Origin: an uncultured Prochlorococcus sp.
GTDB taxonomy: Bacteria; Cyanobacteriota; Cyanobacteriia; PCC-6307; Cyanobiaceae
Length of the DNA: 64,000 bases
Assembly (NCBI GenBank): GCA_902591865.1
Contig: CACJCK010000006.1
Coordinates: 1,487-65,486 of the forward strand
Direction: 5' to 3'
Part shown: in pieces, positions 38,134 to 48,926 of the stretch
Layout: the number at the start of each line of letters is the position of its first letter
Numbering within the stretch: the stretch's first letter is position 1
Program-made: the position numbers and the translations under genes
Notes under the pieces: model-generated
Database searches by the model: none
Seen by the model: only the letters and a program-made list of their open reading frames with translations
What the model was told of the DNA's origin: nothing

Positions 38134-39210
38134 CTATATATTTACCTTATATGCTCCAGGATATAAAAAATAATAACTTTTTTTATTGATAGAAAGAGAA
38201 CATTTATCACCATTATTAAGGAGATTATTAATATCAGTTCTAACCCTTAATATATTTCCATTAATAGATACTTTATAGATAAGAAATTCTCCAAGAAATT
38301 CTTTAGATAGAACAACCGCATCACCAGATTCTGATCTTTTAATTGAAATAAATTTAGGAGAAATTGACATACTTTTGATACTTGTATTTTTCAAATACTC
38401 TGAACAATTTATTTCACCTAAACAAGAAATATATGAATTACCATTTTTTTTGAGATTAATAATGTTATTGCCTAAAATAAAACTACTAACAAATATGGTC
38501 TTGGGATTATTTAGAAGGTTAATTGGTGTATCAATTTGATGTATTTTCCCATCATTCATTACGGCGACTTTATCGCAAATTGACATAGCTTCTTCCGGAT
38601 CATGAGTAACCATCAAACCGCTAGCATTACAACCTTTTAGAATATTAGGAAGTTCACTTCTCAATTTTAGTTTGACATGCATATCAAGACTACAAAAAGG
38701 TTCATCTAATAAAATAAAATTTGTACCTGGAGCAAGAGCTCTCGCAATTGCGAGTCTTTGTTTTTGGCCTCCAGAAAGTTCATGTGGGTACCTTCCAACA
38801 AAACTATCAAGACCAACAACATTTAATAAATAATCAACTCTAGATCTGTCTTTTTTGTTTTTCAACCCAAAAATTACATTTTCCAAAACAGTTAAGTGAG
38901 GGAAAAGTGCATAGTCTTGAAAAACCATACCAATATTTCTTTTCTCAGGACTAAGAATTTTTTCCCTACTTGAAATTTCCTTATTGTTTAGAGAAATCCT
39001 CCCCCTAGATGGATATTCGAACCCCGCGATTAATCTTAAAAGAGTAGTTTTTCCGCAACCAGAAGGACCAAGCAAGCCTAATAATTCGCCATTTTCAATT
39101 TTCAGGTTAATTTCGTTTAATATCCAATTTGAACATTCTCGCTTATCATATTTATGATGCAAATCATCAATTATTAAAGCATCAGTTTTCACTAAGTTCT
39201 TCTTATTCAA
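38134..39210 (-). CDS. futC: Fe(III) ABC transporter ATP-binding protein
   Basis: GPSGCGKTT, GMVFQDYALFPHLTV, YPHELSGGQ; next to ferritin. Confidence 0.85.
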   Translation of the reverse strand: MNKKNLVKTDALIIDDLHHKYDKRECSNWILNEINLKIENGELLGLLGPSGCGKTTLLRLIAGFEYPSRGRISLNNKEISSREKILSPEKRNIGMVFQDYALFPHLTVLENVIFGLKNKKDRSRVDYLLNVVGLDSFVGRYPHELSGGQKQRLAIARALAPGTNFILLDEPFCSLDMHVKLKLRSELPNILKGCNASGLMVTHDPEEAMSICDKVAVMNDGKIHQIDTPINLLNNPKTIFVSSFILGNNIINLKKNGNSYISCLGEINCSEYLKNTSIKSMSISPKFISIKRSESGDAVVLSKEFLGEFLIYKVSINGNILRVRTDINNLLNNGDKCSLSINKKSYYFLYPGAYKVNI

Positions 39211-39287
39211 ATATATAAAGTTAGCAGAAAATATTCACCTAAAATATCCCTTGTATAATTTTATACACCATTTAATTTTCAAATTTA

Positions 39288-39941
39288 ATGAGAAAGTCTG
39301 AAAGAGCAGAAATAATACGAAAGGAACTAAAAAAGCTATATCCATCGCCTCCGATACCCCTTGATCATACAAATGCATATACACTTCTAGTCGCCGTAGT
39401 TTTAAGTGCTCAATCAACAGATAAGAAAGTTAATGAATTAACAAAAAGCTTATTTAAGGTTGCAGATAATCCTGAAAAGATGATGCAGCTAGGCATTAAT
39501 GGCATTTACGAATACATAAAATTTTTAGGTCTATCTAATCAAAAATCAAAGAACATCTATAACTTATCTAAATTATTGATTGAGAAGCATAATAGTAAGG
39601 TCCCAGATTCTTTTGAGAAGCTTGAATCTCTTCCAGGCGTAGGTCATAAAACAGCATCAGTTGTAATGTCTCAAGTTTTTAAAATACCCTCATTCCCAGT
39701 AGATACACATATACACAGGTTGGCACAAAGATGGGGTCTATCAAATGGAGATAGCGTAGTTCAAACAGAAAAAGACCTAAAAAAAATATTTCCTGTTAAT
39801 GATTGGAATACCTTACATTTGCAAATAATCTTTTATGGGAGAGAATACTGCACAGCAAGAGGCTGTGATGGAACAAAATGTTATTTATGTCGCACCCTTT
39901 ATCCCAAAAGAAAAAAGAAATTTATGTGTAAAAAGCCTTAA
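39288..39941 (+). CDS. nth: Endonuclease III
   Basis: LSAQSTD, HhH LPGVGHKTA, VDTHIHR, C-terminal Cys cluster. Confidence 0.95.
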   Translation: MRKSERAEIIRKELKKLYPSPPIPLDHTNAYTLLVAVVLSAQSTDKKVNELTKSLFKVADNPEKMMQLGINGIYEYIKFLGLSNQKSKNIYNLSKLLIEKHNSKVPDSFEKLESLPGVGHKTASVVMSQVFKIPSFPVDTHIHRLAQRWGLSNGDSVVQTEKDLKKIFPVNDWNTLHLQIIFYGREYCTARGCDGTKCYLCRTLYPKRKKKFMCKKP

Positions 39942-39976
39942 GAAATTTATATAATGTTTAAATTAGTTTTTTAATC

Positions 39977-40636
39977 ATGAAAATAGCAATTACTGGTGCA
40001 TCGGGGAAAACAGGTTATAGAATTTCCGAAGAGGCAGTTAAGAAAGGATATAAAGTAAGGCAAATCATAAGAAAGAATTCAAAAGTCTCAGCAGGACTGG
40101 AGAGTTTAGAAACAATTAGACTTTCATTAGACAAAAAAGGAGAACTTGATAAAGCTTTAAAAGATATTGATGCTTTGATAATTGCGACTGGAGCAAGAGC
40201 ATCATTAGATTTAACTGGTCCTGCAAAGGTTGATGCTTTAGGGGTATACAGACAATTAGAGAGTTGCAAAAGAGTTGGTATTAAGAGAGTGATTTTAGTT
40301 AGTTCCCTTTGTACTGGTAAATTATTTCACCCATTAAACTTATTTGGTTTAATTCTTATTTGGAAGAAATTAGGTGAAAATTTTCTACGAAATTCAAATT
40401 TCGAATGGACTATTATTAGACCTGGAGGATTAAAGGAAAATGAAGATATTAAATCAGAAAATATAAATTATTCAAAGGAAGATACTCAAATTAATGGATC
40501 AATCCCAAGAAGATTAGTTGCACAATGTTGTATCGATTCTTTAAAAAATAAAGAATCCATAAATAAATTAATAGAAGTTACAAGTTCGAATGATAATAAA
40601 AAGATATCTTTTAAAAAAGCTATGCAAATGATTTAA
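39977..40636 (+). CDS. NAD(P)H-binding atypical SDR family protein
   Basis: TGASGKTG, WTIIRPGGL. Confidence 0.88.
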   Translation: MKIAITGASGKTGYRISEEAVKKGYKVRQIIRKNSKVSAGLESLETIRLSLDKKGELDKALKDIDALIIATGARASLDLTGPAKVDALGVYRQLESCKRVGIKRVILVSSLCTGKLFHPLNLFGLILIWKKLGENFLRNSNFEWTIIRPGGLKENEDIKSENINYSKEDTQINGSIPRRLVAQCCIDSLKNKESINKLIEVTSSNDNKKISFKKAMQMI

Positions 40637-40662
40637 AAGATGTAAATATATAAATTAAAACC

Positions 40663-40851
40663 ATGAAAATAAATCCCAAAATTGACGCATTACAATTAAT
40701 GCTTACTGATTTAAGAACTAGAAATGAGCCAATAAGACATAAAGCTGCATTTAAAGGCTGTCAACCAGAATTTCAAAGTCTCGTATCAAGATTAATAAAG
40801 CAGTTAGAAGACGAATTAGTTGCTGAAAAGCTTACTAATCGTGGTATTTAA
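40663..40851 (+). CDS. Conserved hypothetical protein (62 aa)
   Basis: IDALQLMLTDLRTRNEPIRHKAAFKGCQPEFQ. Confidence 0.75.
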   Translation: MKINPKIDALQLMLTDLRTRNEPIRHKAAFKGCQPEFQSLVSRLIKQLEDELVAEKLTNRGI

Positions 40852-40861
40852 AAATTTTAGA

Positions 40862-41473
40862 TTACTTAAATGAAATTAAGTTATCCAATTTTGCTTGTTC
40901 TGAAAGTTCATCATATCCTCCAAAAAATTTATTATCCAAAAATATTTGAGGGAAAGTATTATGGCTACTTTGAGCCATTATTTTTTTAAAGCTATCATCA
41001 TTGTCTATTAAAGTAACTTCATGAGATATAGATAAAGAATTAAGCAACCTAATTGCTCTTTTAGACCAAGGACAATCCTTTAAAATATATGCTTTTACGC
41101 GTGATTCATTTTTCAATAAATCATTACTTGAGATGTTAATAATTTTTTGTTCATAAGAAATTAATAGTATATCAGTACCTTTTTTTACAATACATCCCTC
41201 CTCAAGGTGCCCGCCAAAGACATTACATCCCTCATCTGCAAAACTCAAATGTAAATGAACATCTCCTTTATTAAAATGTCCATTTAAAGAAACTATCTCT
41301 AGATTTCCCTCAAATTTATTTATCTCTTGATTTCCTGGGCATTGAATACAAACTGTTCTAAGATTACCAACCACTCCAGAAACATACCCGCATAAATTAT
41401 TTGATAAAGAATATTCTTTAATTGAATTTATCAAATCAGATTCTGGAGATAGCTTTAGGCTATGAGGCTGCAT
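40862..41473 (-). CDS. PPC/DUF296 domain fused to a glutaredoxin domain
   Basis: EIVSLNG, HLHLS, GGHL (PPC) followed by CPWS, TFPQIF, GGYDEL (glutaredoxin). Confidence 0.85.
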   Translation of the reverse strand: MQPHSLKLSPESDLINSIKEYSLSNNLCGYVSGVVGNLRTVCIQCPGNQEINKFEGNLEIVSLNGHFNKGDVHLHLSFADEGCNVFGGHLEEGCIVKKGTDILLISYEQKIINISSNDLLKNESRVKAYILKDCPWSKRAIRLLNSLSISHEVTLIDNDDSFKKIMAQSSHNTFPQIFLDNKFFGGYDELSEQAKLDNLISFK

Positions 41474-41657
41474 TAGACATAACAAATAATTTTTTAATAT
41501 AGAACATCATCATTCAAAAAGAGAAGTGGAGTTTATAATCTTTAGGATTCAGATTTTAAATTAAATTTTAGAATCTAGCATTAAAAACCATTTAATATTT
41601 TCACTAAAAATTTAAGCATGTCGAGAGTGTAATATATTTTTATATACAAACACTAAT

Positions 41658-42197
41658 TTGTTATTAAGAAAAAATCTTAAAAATTTAGCATTGAATATTC
41701 CCAACTTATTATCGTTATCTCGCATTTTCCTTGTATTTCCACTAATACTTTTTTTAGAAATTAACAGACCTTTTTATGTCTTTATATTGATTATTATTGG
41801 AGGTTTAACTGATTTTTTTGACGGGTTAATTGCAAGGAAATTTAATCTTAAAACCAGATTAGGAGCTATCCTTGATCCCTTAAGCGATAAAGTATTCTAT
41901 TTAATTCCTTTAACCTTCCTTTGTAAAAATAATTTTATACCCTTCTGGTCTTTTTCATTAATTTTATTTAGAGAATTAATTATCTCTAGCCTGAGGAACT
42001 CTACAAAAGACGGCTTACCAGCATCTATATTAGGTAAATATAAAACATTTTTCTTTTTTATTTCAGTAATTACCTTCTTTACACCATTAAAAATTAGCTT
42101 ATTGAATAATATGGCTTTAATTTTTTATTGGTTAGGATTCATCCTGACTTTTGTGACTTTATTAGGTTATTTAAGAATTAAAAAGAATATTATCTGA
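41658..42197 (+). CDS. pgsA: CDP-diacylglycerol--glycerol-3-phosphate 3-phosphatidyltransferase
   Basis: PNLLSLSR, DFFDGLIAR...GAILDPLSDK; start uncertain. Confidence 0.88.
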   Translation: MLLRKNLKNLALNIPNLLSLSRIFLVFPLILFLEINRPFYVFILIIIGGLTDFFDGLIARKFNLKTRLGAILDPLSDKVFYLIPLTFLCKNNFIPFWSFSLILFRELIISSLRNSTKDGLPASILGKYKTFFFFISVITFFTPLKISLLNNMALIFYWLGFILTFVTLLGYLRIKKNII

Positions 42198-43091
42198 ATT
42201 TTCATCAAACTCCTCACTCTTTTTATTATTAAAATCTTTCACAAAACTATCCTGTAAACCATTAAGTAAATCAAAAGTTGGCACCCACTCTAAATCACGT
42301 TTAATCTTAGAGATATCAGTCTGATAATGATTTAATCTAATTGGAAATACCTTTCGAGATTTAGGATCTAATTTTTGATAATCAAATGTTCTAATAGAAA
42401 TCTCATTTTGATTTAATCCAAGAACATTCGCACAGAAATAAATTAAACCCTTTATTGTAACCCCTTTTTCACCTGAACAGTTGTAAATATTATTTTTGGA
42501 ATTTTCAAAATTTATACACCTAATCATTACATCAGTTAGATCAGAAACATGGCCTAGCTGAGTAATTAAAGACCCGTCACCGGGGATTGGTATAGATTTT
42601 TTATTAAACAACCTTTCAAAAAACCAATTTTCAATTTTATTATAATTTCCTGGTCCATAAATATAAGTAGGTCTAAAACTTGTAAAAGGAACTTTTTGGT
42701 TTTTTAACCAATTTTCTGTCTCAAACTTTCCTTTGTGCCTACTATCCGGATCAATTGGATCAACTTCGGATAAGGGTAGTTCACAATTATCTTTATAAAC
42801 ACCTGCAGAGCTTACATATATATATCTCTGGAAAGAGTTATCTAAATTTTCTATAAGAAGTTTAGTTTGTTCTAACTCTCGACCAGAAATATCATAAACA
42901 ACATCATACTTTTTATTTCTTAGTTTGACGATATCTTCTGAATTATTTCTATCCCCCTTAATTAAATTTGTTTTTTCAGGATTACTTTTATTACCTCTCG
43001 TAAAAATATCAATATCATAATTTTTACTTAATAACTTACCAACCAAAGACTTGCCAACAAATCTAGTACCACCCATTACAAGAATTTTCAT
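42171..43091 (-). CDS. NAD-dependent epimerase/dehydratase family, CSP41-like RNA-binding protein
   Basis: MGGTRFVG, SSAGVY, SRHKGK, RPTYIYGP. Confidence 0.85.
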   Translation of the reverse strand: MKILVMGGTRFVGKSLVGKLLSKNYDIDIFTRGNKSNPEKTNLIKGDRNNSEDIVKLRNKKYDVVYDISGRELEQTKLLIENLDNSFQRYIYVSSAGVYKDNCELPLSEVDPIDPDSRHKGKFETENWLKNQKVPFTSFRPTYIYGPGNYNKIENWFFERLFNKKSIPIPGDGSLITQLGHVSDLTDVMIRCINFENSKNNIYNCSGEKGVTIKGLIYFCANVLGLNQNEISIRTFDYQKLDPKSRKVFPIRLNHYQTDISKIKRDLEWVPTFDLLNGLQDSFVKDFNNKKSEEFDENSDNILFNS

Positions 43092-43183
43092 ATTCAAAAA
43101 ATATTTAATTGAAGTAGTAATCTTAAATAGAATTACATATTGAATAGTACTACTAATAAGTAATTAATGAAAAGGATGATTCT

Positions 43184-43951
43184 ATGAACCTAATACCAGC
43201 AATTGATTTAATGAATGGTAAGTGTGTAAGGCTTTTTAAAGGAGACTTTAATAAAAGAAAAGATTTCACCAAAGAGCCTCATGAGCAAGCTAAATTTTGG
43301 GAAAGCGAAGGGGCAAAATATATTCATATAGTTGATTTGGATGCGGCAAAAACTGGATCCCCGACAAATGATAAATCAATTAAAAATATTGCAAAAACAG
43401 TTAACATACCCATTCAAATAGGTGGGGGAATAAGGTCTCAAGAAAGGATAGAACAATTATTTTCTTATGGTATTGAAAAAGTTATAATGGGAACCTCTGC
43501 AATAGAAAATAAAGAACTAGTGAAAGACTTATCAAATAAATTTCCCGGAAGGATAATTGTTGGGATAGATGCAAAAGATGGAAAAGTTAGTACAAGGGGT
43601 TGGCTTGAGCAATCTAGTATTTTTGCAACAGATCTAGTAAAGGAGTTTTCTTCATTTAAAATTGCTAGTTTTATTGTTACGGATATAAATACAGATGGGA
43701 CTTTAGAAGGGACAAATGAAGAATTCATAAAAAGCATACTCGAAATTACAGATATTCCAGTAATAGCCTCAGGAGGTGTTGGTTCGATTTCTGATTTATT
43801 ATCGTTAGTAAAATTTGAAAATTCTGGACTCTTTGGAGTAATTGTAGGTAAAGCTCTATATGAAAATAAATTCACGATAAACGAAGCGAATAATGTATTG
43901 TCATCAGAGAGATTAAATGACTTTGATTTAAACAGAAATTACTACGCTTAA
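43184..43951 (+). CDS. hisA: Phosphoribosylformimino-AICAR-P isomerase
   Basis: IPAIDL, HIVDLD, GGGIR, TDINTDGTLEG, ASGGV, GKALY. Confidence 0.96.
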   Translation: MNLIPAIDLMNGKCVRLFKGDFNKRKDFTKEPHEQAKFWESEGAKYIHIVDLDAAKTGSPTNDKSIKNIAKTVNIPIQIGGGIRSQERIEQLFSYGIEKVIMGTSAIENKELVKDLSNKFPGRIIVGIDAKDGKVSTRGWLEQSSIFATDLVKEFSSFKIASFIVTDINTDGTLEGTNEEFIKSILEITDIPVIASGGVGSISDLLSLVKFENSGLFGVIVGKALYENKFTINEANNVLSSERLNDFDLNRNYYA

Positions 43952-44030
43952 AACAGTACAATAATTTATATAAGGCTGGTATTTGCAGTAATTGTTAGTT
44001 AATTTTGTATAAGATATAAGAAATCTAGTC

Positions 44031-45647
44031 TTGGAATTAATTTCAAAAAAATCGATATTGATTATAGCTCCAAGCTTAATTGCAGAATCTTTATCGCTTA
44101 AGTTAACATCACTAGACCAAAATTTAGACATTAATTTTAATAATGGAACAGGTAATAAAACTCCGGATTTAGTTATATGGAATGCTCTTAATTTCCAATC
44201 AGAAGATCTTACGAGGTTAGAATTATTAAAATTAAGAGAAAGATATGATGAGTCAAAGTTTCTTATAATTCTCTCTGGCGAAGTTGTTTATGAAGCAAAT
44301 ACCTCTCCATCGTTAAATGCTGAAGGTTTTCTTTTAAATCCCAGTGCAGAAAAAGTTCTTGAATCTATTGATGCTATTTTAAATGGAGGAAGGGTATTTG
44401 ATATTCAAAATAATTCCCGAATTAAATTAAACAAAAATAAGCCTCTCTCTTTTAGTCAAAAAATCCTAACATCAGGTCTTAAACAAATAGATTCTGAAAT
44501 TAATTATATATTCAAATATGTCAACTCTGATTCAACACCAGAATTTTATAAATTCATTTTAAAAGGGAGATTAAGAGAACTTATTACTGCAAAATCTTTT
44601 CTAATTTTCTTATGGGGCAATTCACTAGAACTTTATACAGAGGCAATTTACACTGAAAATAAAATTAATCTTGAAAATAAGAACACTGTTTTCATTAAAG
44701 ATAAAAACACTATAGAAATATGGAATTTAATTTTAGATAGACTAAAAGAAAGATATAGCTCAACTAACTTAAAGGTTGAATTTAATAATTCATCAATAAT
44801 TCTCTCTGGGATAAAAAAAGAATTCATTTCACGTCTAATTTGCAAAATGTTAGATGAGTTAGATAATTTAGTAAAAAATATTAAGGAAAACTATAAGGAT
44901 AAAGATTTTAAAAATGATTTAAATTCTCTTATCAAAGAACTTAAAGTTAATACAGTTTCAAATATCACAGACAGCTATTTTCGATTAAAAAAGGGAGGCG
45001 AATCTATTTCAATAAATGATTTTATTTATAGTGAAGTAAGTTGCGAAGAGATAGATAGCGAATCACATGAATCAATAATATTTATTGAGCCAATTATTAA
45101 AAATGAAGCTCTTGACTATGATGGGAAATTACTCCCTCTATATGAAACAGAATCGTTTTTGATCCTTGAAAATATAATTTCAAATTGGACAATAAGGAAC
45201 TGTAATTTATTAGCTTCTGAAATCTTTAATATTTGTTCTTCTTGGCCTGAATTAAGGACTATACTTATAAATCCCGAATTACAATCGACAAGAAATTTTG
45301 AAAGATTTAGAAATAATATTAACAACTACAATCGCTGGCATGACTATGTTTATATGCCTATCTACTTGTATGAGAGTAAACGAGAATATATTGATATTAT
45401 CGATAAAAAATTTACCCGATATTTTAAAAATGAAAATAGGGAGAAAGAATTAGAGAATCTAGAGTGGCTACAAAAACAAGTTACATTGTTAGTTGAGATA
45501 AGAGATGCGGTAGCACCGCAGTTAGAAGTTGCTGTAAAATATATCGGTAATCTTTTCGTAACTTTCCTTACAAAGGTCGTTGGCAAAGCTATCGGTTTAG
45601 TCGGGAAAGGAATCCTTCAAGGATTAGGAAGATCAAGTTCAAAGTAA
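44031..45647 (+). CDS. ycf55: Ycf55/DUF3685 protein with degenerate receiver-like N-terminus
   Basis: GRLREL, STRNFERFRN, EIRDAVAP, GKAIGLVGKGILQGLG. Confidence 0.82.
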   Translation: MELISKKSILIIAPSLIAESLSLKLTSLDQNLDINFNNGTGNKTPDLVIWNALNFQSEDLTRLELLKLRERYDESKFLIILSGEVVYEANTSPSLNAEGFLLNPSAEKVLESIDAILNGGRVFDIQNNSRIKLNKNKPLSFSQKILTSGLKQIDSEINYIFKYVNSDSTPEFYKFILKGRLRELITAKSFLIFLWGNSLELYTEAIYTENKINLENKNTVFIKDKNTIEIWNLILDRLKERYSSTNLKVEFNNSSIILSGIKKEFISRLICKMLDELDNLVKNIKENYKDKDFKNDLNSLIKELKVNTVSNITDSYFRLKKGGESISINDFIYSEVSCEEIDSESHESIIFIEPIIKNEALDYDGKLLPLYETESFLILENIISNWTIRNCNLLASEIFNICSSWPELRTILINPELQSTRNFERFRNNINNYNRWHDYVYMPIYLYESKREYIDIIDKKFTRYFKNENREKELENLEWLQKQVTLLVEIRDAVAPQLEVAVKYIGNLFVTFLTKVVGKAIGLVGKGILQGLGRSSSK

Positions 45648-45661
45648 GTTTTTAAACTTTA

Positions 45662-46204
45662 ATGAAAATAATTCAATGGATCCTAATAGCATTAATTTTC
45701 TTAAGTCCATATAAAGCAAATGCCTCTAGAGATTCTGATAGTTACGATGGCAACATCTTTCCTATATACGCAGGTAATGGGGCTATAGTTCCTCCCCAGA
45801 CAACTCTTCAGGAATCATTAAAAAATAAAAGAGTCGCAGTTTTATTTTTTTATCTTGACGATAGCTCAGATAGTAAAGCTATGGCTCCGATAATATCTGG
45901 TTTAGATTTGATATGGAGAAATAATATAGATATCATTGCTCTAACTACTGATGAAATACAGAATAAAGAAAAGTCTGATCTAAAAAATGAACCGAATTAT
46001 TATTGGAACGGATTAATTCCACAAACCATTATTTTAAATAGTGATGGTGAAGTTAAATATGATAAAAATGGAATGATTAATATCGATGAATTAAACAAAG
46101 TTATAGGAGAATTAAAAGGAATTGATATAGAAGATACGACATTTTCTGTAGAAAGTTTTAATGAATACAACAGTATCATTTCTGAAAAAAAAGATAAAAA
46201 ATAA
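45662..46204 (+). CDS. Thioredoxin-like thylakoid protein (photosystem I accumulation factor family)
   Basis: Signal peptide, DSYDGNIFPIYAGNGAIVPP, FYLDDSSDSK; no CxxC. Confidence 0.7.
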   Translation: MKIIQWILIALIFLSPYKANASRDSDSYDGNIFPIYAGNGAIVPPQTTLQESLKNKRVAVLFFYLDDSSDSKAMAPIISGLDLIWRNNIDIIALTTDEIQNKEKSDLKNEPNYYWNGLIPQTIILNSDGEVKYDKNGMINIDELNKVIGELKGIDIEDTTFSVESFNEYNSIISEKKDKK

Positions 46205-46219
46205 TTAATTTAAAAAAAA

Positions 46220-47386
46220 ATGATTTTTATAAATATCCTCTTATTTCTTTTAATTTTTTTAATTCTTTCAGATTTATACATTAAAAACTCACCTAAATCA
46301 AAATTAAATCTAGTACCTCTAAATTACAAAATCAAAAAAAAGGATGCTTTAAACGAATTAATTATTGATTTTAAAATAACTAATAAAAGTAAAACCAAAG
46401 AGACTATGGTATCTAATATAAATTTTGAATTAGATTTTTTTAAAGGTAAAGGAAACGAATATTGCCCAAATTTTAATTATCAAGAAGATATTTATACATA
46501 TGAAAATAATAAAATTAAGAATTTAAATAATTACTGGCCAACAACAATTATCAAGTCAAATTCAGAATTATTTGTTAGAACCATATATAAATTTAGCAAT
46601 AATAATTTAAGAAAAAAAATAAAATATCTATGGTTAAAAGTATATTGGGAGAACTATGGACATTTTGGTATTTCAAATAATAAGGATTGTTTGTTAATTA
46701 ATTTAGATGGTCAAAAACAAAGGCCGAAAGAAGTTTTTGAAATTCCAATAAATAATAAATATAAAGCTTTTGCTATTAAAACTGATTTACTTGGTTGCTT
46801 TGATAACCCAGTAAATACTGTGATTGAATACTGCAAAGGATTTGCAGAAAAAAATGATATTTTAACAATCGGTGAGAGTCCGCTAGCGATTATGCAAAAT
46901 AGATATATTTCGCCTCAAAATTTAGAATATAATTTATTTTCTAAAGCTTTATGTTATTTTTTTCACCCTACAAGCAGTCTCGCAACAGCTTGCGGCATGC
47001 AATTATTAATAAATAGAATAGGAGTCACAAGAATAACCTTTGCACTATTTGTAGGATTTCTCTTCAAACTAGTTGGTATTAAGGGTATGTTTTATAGGCT
47101 AACTGGTTCAGAATCATCCCTCATTGATGATATAAGCGGTACAGTTTCACCTTACGACAAGAGTATAGTTATGGGTCCTCTAAATGCGGATTTATTTTGT
47201 AAGGAGGTCTCGAACTATCTAAATATAGATGTTGCTGTTGTCGATGTTAATGATCTTGGAGGTGTTAAAGTCTTAGCTAGTTCAAATAAAAAAGTAAATA
47301 AAATACTCAAAAGAAACTTAATATCTAATCCAGCTGGCAATGGAGAGGAAAAAACCCCTATAGTATTAATAAGAGAAAAAAAGTAA
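46220..47386 (+). CDS. F420-0:gamma-glutamyl ligase-like protein
   Basis: C-terminal GESPLA, IDDISG, VVDVNDLG, NPAGNGEEKTP. Confidence 0.7.
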   Translation: MIFINILLFLLIFLILSDLYIKNSPKSKLNLVPLNYKIKKKDALNELIIDFKITNKSKTKETMVSNINFELDFFKGKGNEYCPNFNYQEDIYTYENNKIKNLNNYWPTTIIKSNSELFVRTIYKFSNNNLRKKIKYLWLKVYWENYGHFGISNNKDCLLINLDGQKQRPKEVFEIPINNKYKAFAIKTDLLGCFDNPVNTVIEYCKGFAEKNDILTIGESPLAIMQNRYISPQNLEYNLFSKALCYFFHPTSSLATACGMQLLINRIGVTRITFALFVGFLFKLVGIKGMFYRLTGSESSLIDDISGTVSPYDKSIVMGPLNADLFCKEVSNYLNIDVAVVDVNDLGGVKVLASSNKKVNKILKRNLISNPAGNGEEKTPIVLIREKK

Positions 47387-48442
47387 ATGAAAAAAGATAC
47401 CTCTTATTCTTTTCAATCTAAAAAAAGAATGGAAGTAACTTTTGAAGATCTCCATATAAGGCACATTAATCTTTTAATAGATATTAAAAATAAGGAATTG
47501 AATAATTGGTTTTTAAAGATGGCAATTATAAATACCTTTGATGACTTAAAAATTTTTTTAAATAATCTTAAGAAAAATAAAAATAAATGCATAATTGCTA
47601 TATATGCAAACGAAATTATTGGTTATTTGAATATTTTTCCTTTAAACAAAAAAGAGACTTGCTTAAAAATATCTAAGCCGAAGTTGATTAACAACAAGTC
47701 TTATTTAACTGATAAACAATTAACTTTAGGATTGATAAAAAAATTTATCTCTATAAAAGACATCAAAGCTTCAAGTTGGATAATTAACGCTGATATAAAT
47801 AATGTTGACCTCATATCAACCTCAAGAGAGTTAGGCTTTCAACCGTTAGGAGAGATAATCCTTTGGGATGGTTCTGATCTAAATAAATCTATAAAGCAAA
47901 ATAACAATGCCTATGCATCAATTAATGAATTCCAAAACATTAATAAACAAAATATATTAAAAATAGTTAATTTCATAAGATCAAACCAATCTCCCTTAAT
48001 AAGAAATATTTTAGATTTTGATCAAGACGACATTCTTAAAAGAAATAACTCTAAGAGTGGTGCCTTAATATATGAAAGTTCAGTTTTATGTACAATTTTA
48101 AAAGATATTAATTTTCAAAATGAAGAAATTTATACTTTAACTATAAGTAGATATTGGGATAAGAGATTCAATTCTATTTTAAAAGAATTTATAAAAAGAT
48201 TTTTTGAAAAATCACCTGTTTCATATTTAAAAACCTATAAAGAAAATTCTCAATTAAATCTTTTTCTCGAAGAATGTAATCTTAAAGAAAAAAGTCAAGA
48301 AATAATTCTTATTAGGAACACAATAGTTAAGAATGAAGCCAAACAAGTAAACATAATAAATCAATCTTTGGAATCAATCTTTGAAAAATTAAGTCCACAA
48401 GGTAATCCATATCCATCTCCTTTTCCTTTAAAAACAAAGTGA
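47387..48442 (+). CDS. Hypothetical protein, possibly a degenerate GNAT fold
   Basis: 351-aa ORF in an operon; RELGFQP motif. Confidence 0.65.
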   Translation: MKKDTSYSFQSKKRMEVTFEDLHIRHINLLIDIKNKELNNWFLKMAIINTFDDLKIFLNNLKKNKNKCIIAIYANEIIGYLNIFPLNKKETCLKISKPKLINNKSYLTDKQLTLGLIKKFISIKDIKASSWIINADINNVDLISTSRELGFQPLGEIILWDGSDLNKSIKQNNNAYASINEFQNINKQNILKIVNFIRSNQSPLIRNILDFDQDDILKRNNSKSGALIYESSVLCTILKDINFQNEEIYTLTISRYWDKRFNSILKEFIKRFFEKSPVSYLKTYKENSQLNLFLEECNLKEKSQEIILIRNTIVKNEAKQVNIINQSLESIFEKLSPQGNPYPSPFPLKTK

Positions 48443-48900
48443 AATTTTGCAAACCCAAACCCAAGTCAATTTTGAGTTTGGATATAGGTACCAAAAGAAT
48501 AGGATTAGCTTATTGTGATCCCCTCTGCATAACATCAAATATACTTCCAGCAGTAAAACGGTTTGAAAATAATCAAGAGATTAAAACCATTAGAAATTAC
48601 ATAAATGAATTTAATTTGACTGGGTTTATTGTTGGTATTCCACTAGATGAGAAAGGTCAAATGACCACTCAAGCTATTGACTGTAAAAATTACGGTCAAT
48701 TACTTTCAAATGAATTAAAGCTTCCATTTTCTTACGTCAACGAACATAGTTCAACTTGGGAATCTTCAGATAGATTTGGAATAAAAAAAGATAAATCCGG
48801 ATTGATTGATAGTTTTTCAGCAAAAATAATACTTGAACAATGGATCAAAGAGGGTCCTGAATTAGAAAAAATAGCTGGTAAACGTCAGATAAAATATTAG
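48439..48900 (+). CDS. yqgF: YqgF/RuvX family pre-16S rRNA nuclease
   Basis: [32 protein letters not shown]. Confidence 0.92.
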   Translation: MKFCKPKPKSILSLDIGTKRIGLAYCDPLCITSNILPAVKRFENNQEIKTIRNYINEFNLTGFIVGIPLDEKGQMTTQAIDCKNYGQLLSNELKLPFSYVNEHSSTWESSDRFGIKKDKSGLIDSFSAKIILEQWIKEGPELEKIAGKRQIKY

Positions 48901-48926
48901 TATTAAAAAGGATAGATAATTTTTAA

